Assembly (NCBI RefSeq): GCF_002571385.2
Contig: NW_019218091.1
Span: forward strand, 213,963 to 277,962
Source: Stylophora pistillata
Taxonomy: Eukaryota
Direction of reading: 5' to 3'
Length of the DNA stretch: 64,000 nt
A program made the translations under genes and the position numbers. Under the pieces are notes generated by a model. It saw only the letters and a list, made by a program, of their open reading frames with translations, made no database searches and had not been told where the DNA came from. Below are positions 61,656 through 64,000 of the stretch, piece by piece. Each line of letters starts with the position of its first letter. The first letter of the stretch is position 1.

Positions 61656-64000
61656 NACAGATTAAATCAAGTGAAATCGGTAAAATAACGACACCAGGAG
61701 CAAGCAACACACGTATGGAATAAGGTAAGCCATTTTTGTTTAATATTTTCACTTTTAACTATCTCTATGGCTATCTTGAAGAAAATCCCTTACAAATCCT
61801 TATATATTGGTATGCAAATTGTGTTCCTTGTGTGGTTCTCAAAAAGAGCTTGGGCCGCCTGTGGTATCCTCAAAAGGGCTAACAAAATCGAGTGATTGTG
61901 GTCCGGTTTTCATCTGAAGACATTGGACTCTTCTCGATAGAAAAGGAACAAAATATTCGGCTTAATCTGACCTTAACAGGAACTTATTCGAAAATGTTTC
62001 TGGTCTGCTTTCACGCTCAAAGACGGAGTGTTTCACTGACTTAAAAGTTTATTATTAATAACTAACTTACAAAGTTCACTCTTACCTTTAAGACGGTTTG
62101 ATTCTTCGCAATAAAACTACCAAACAGCTCTAACTTTTCTGGCTTAAAAGCCCTTATTTTATACTCTCCAACAGGAATTCCAAGGAGCCTTTGTGTCTCG
62201 TTATTTTAGTAATTTTAAACGCAATTAGTATAATTGATTTTCTAAAACAATGGTTATTTATTTATCGACTCGCAAACACGCACACACAAAAAAAATCAAT
62301 AATAATAATAATAATAATAATTGCTTTTTCTGCATTTAAAAAAAAGGTAGTTCGTCAAAAATGTCTTACCATGGTAGAATTTGTTAAGCGTTGTTAAAAA
62401 GAATTTTAAAATTGGTTTTCTTTTTTTCATTGATTGTAATGGTCGAAAATGATCTAAATCTCCTTCCAGGATGAGGCAAGAGAATGGAGAGACTTAAATG
62501 ATGAACTAACAGTTAAATGACAATTTCAAGACTTTTATTGCATTGTAGAATAGGGTCATAGATACGATCGATGGACTAATGATTTCGTGTGGCAAAGCAG
62601 AAATACGTGATTGAACTTTGTAAAGACACTTGTAAGCTGAAGAGTCTGTTGTGCCACACCCTTTGTGTGGAACAGAAAGCAAAGCTGTTTTCGTTTTACC
62701 TTTTCCGCTATCGTCAAACACACTAAAAAGCTTCACCATGGCTATCTATGGCTTGACAAGAAGGCTTTTTTAAGCTTTTGTCAGTGTAGTAGTCGATAAA
62801 TTTCTTCTTCATTTTCTACCAGTACAATCAAGAATATTAATATCTGACCAAGCTGTCAAAATTAGTCTGACAACCCCCATAGAAAATGACAGCAACATTC
62901 GTTTTTCAATAAATAAACGCGGAAGTTATCAGAAGCGTTTTGCGCAAACAGCCAGGGACTTCCTTTAAAAAAAATTTGTGGTCAAATACGAAGTAAACCG
63001 CATCACCCAGGACACTACACTTTATTATAAATGTAAACCACGGTTTATTGAAAGATTGCCTTACGAAGTCTTAGATGAACTTAGGTATACTCTAGAAATT
63101 AAATTGGACAAGCGTTTGAGGAAATTACAAATTCTCCAGCATCAAAAACTATAGAAACGAGCGCCTCCTAAAAAATTAATCTGATTGAATGATTGCCTTA
63201 CACAAAAAAGATGATTTTGAAAAGCTTCAAGGTAAACCGATTCAACGCACAACTATTCGATTACCTGACGTTCCATAAGAGCTTGAAGGAAAGCCCTGTA
63301 AGCTAATACCAGATGAACATCAAAAAATGATTTATGATGAACCGTTTAGAAGTTTATGGATGCTTTCCGTTGCTAAATAGCAGTGATTTGAGTATTTCAG
63401 GTTGTTAGTTGTTTGCACAAAACGTAAACATCAATTTATGCATTCTTGAGATTAAAAGAAAACAAAAAAACGCAGATACATGGTGGCCTCTCGTCTAATT
63501 TGTAGTGATTTGAGTGTTACAGGTCGTTGGCTGTTTGCGTAAAACGTAAGGAACAAAATATGCTTCGTAAGGAACCCATTCCGAAACCCTCAGAGATTTT
63601 TGCCGGTCTGTTTTGAAGCGTAGAGAACAATGCTTAAAGGCTTACAGGTTTACAAACTCTTTGACGCTTACAGACTTAAAAGGCTAATAAACAAATGTAT
63701 GAAATATTCATCTAAATATTGGTATTGATAACTAACTCATTAAGCTATTCTTACATTCAAACAGTCTAAATCTTCACAATGCAACTTCCAAACAACTTCA
63801 ACCTTTCTGGTATAAAACATTTTATTTCATACCCCATAAGGAATTCTCAGGGACCATATGCATGTAGCTTTTAATGTGGTATTTTTAATTAGTCATTTTA
63901 ATTATACACAGCTTAATGCCACTTGCAGAGCTTAACAGTTTTCTCTTCCAAGACTACTTTGGCAGTCTGAATTCCTTAAGATATTTAGTAACTTCTATTT

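Larger units (their letters stand above)
55830..64000. repeat. Copy of the modular spacer repeat upstream of C
   Basis: 58440-58754 matches 40690-41005, 61866-63540 matches 41220-43160, and 63500-64000 matches 44330-44770. Confidence 0.85.

Overview
Eukaryotic, AT-rich, intron-containing DNA with a repeat complement typical of cnidarians; a scleractinian coral is my inference. Exons were reconstructed by hand with phase-consistent GT-AG junctions. (1) The 3' six coding exons of TMEM68 (+, 160-4305). (2) A single-exon PTB-domain adaptor carrying an AP-2 beta2-binding motif, ARH/LDLRAP1- or FAM43-like (+, 11402-12448). (3) A tandem array of three intact secreted animal heme peroxidases on the minus strand (A 14269-20811, 800 aa; B 31511-36682, 788 aa; C 48483-53982, 803 aa). 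They share a 7-coding-exon structure, an unrecognised Cys-containing pro-domain and an RGRERG motif in place of RGRDHG, and they differ in their acidic C-tails (A ends NDEL, B has an RRKR furin-type site, C has a longer duplicated tail). The spacers contain a degenerate modular tandem repeat, an intron relic of a probably deleted paralog, many MITEs, a Penelope-like hammerhead insertion with a 14-bp TSD, a LINE RT fragment, an assembly gap and a probable haplotig. The peroxidase array is the most interesting system. No prokaryote-type system is present.
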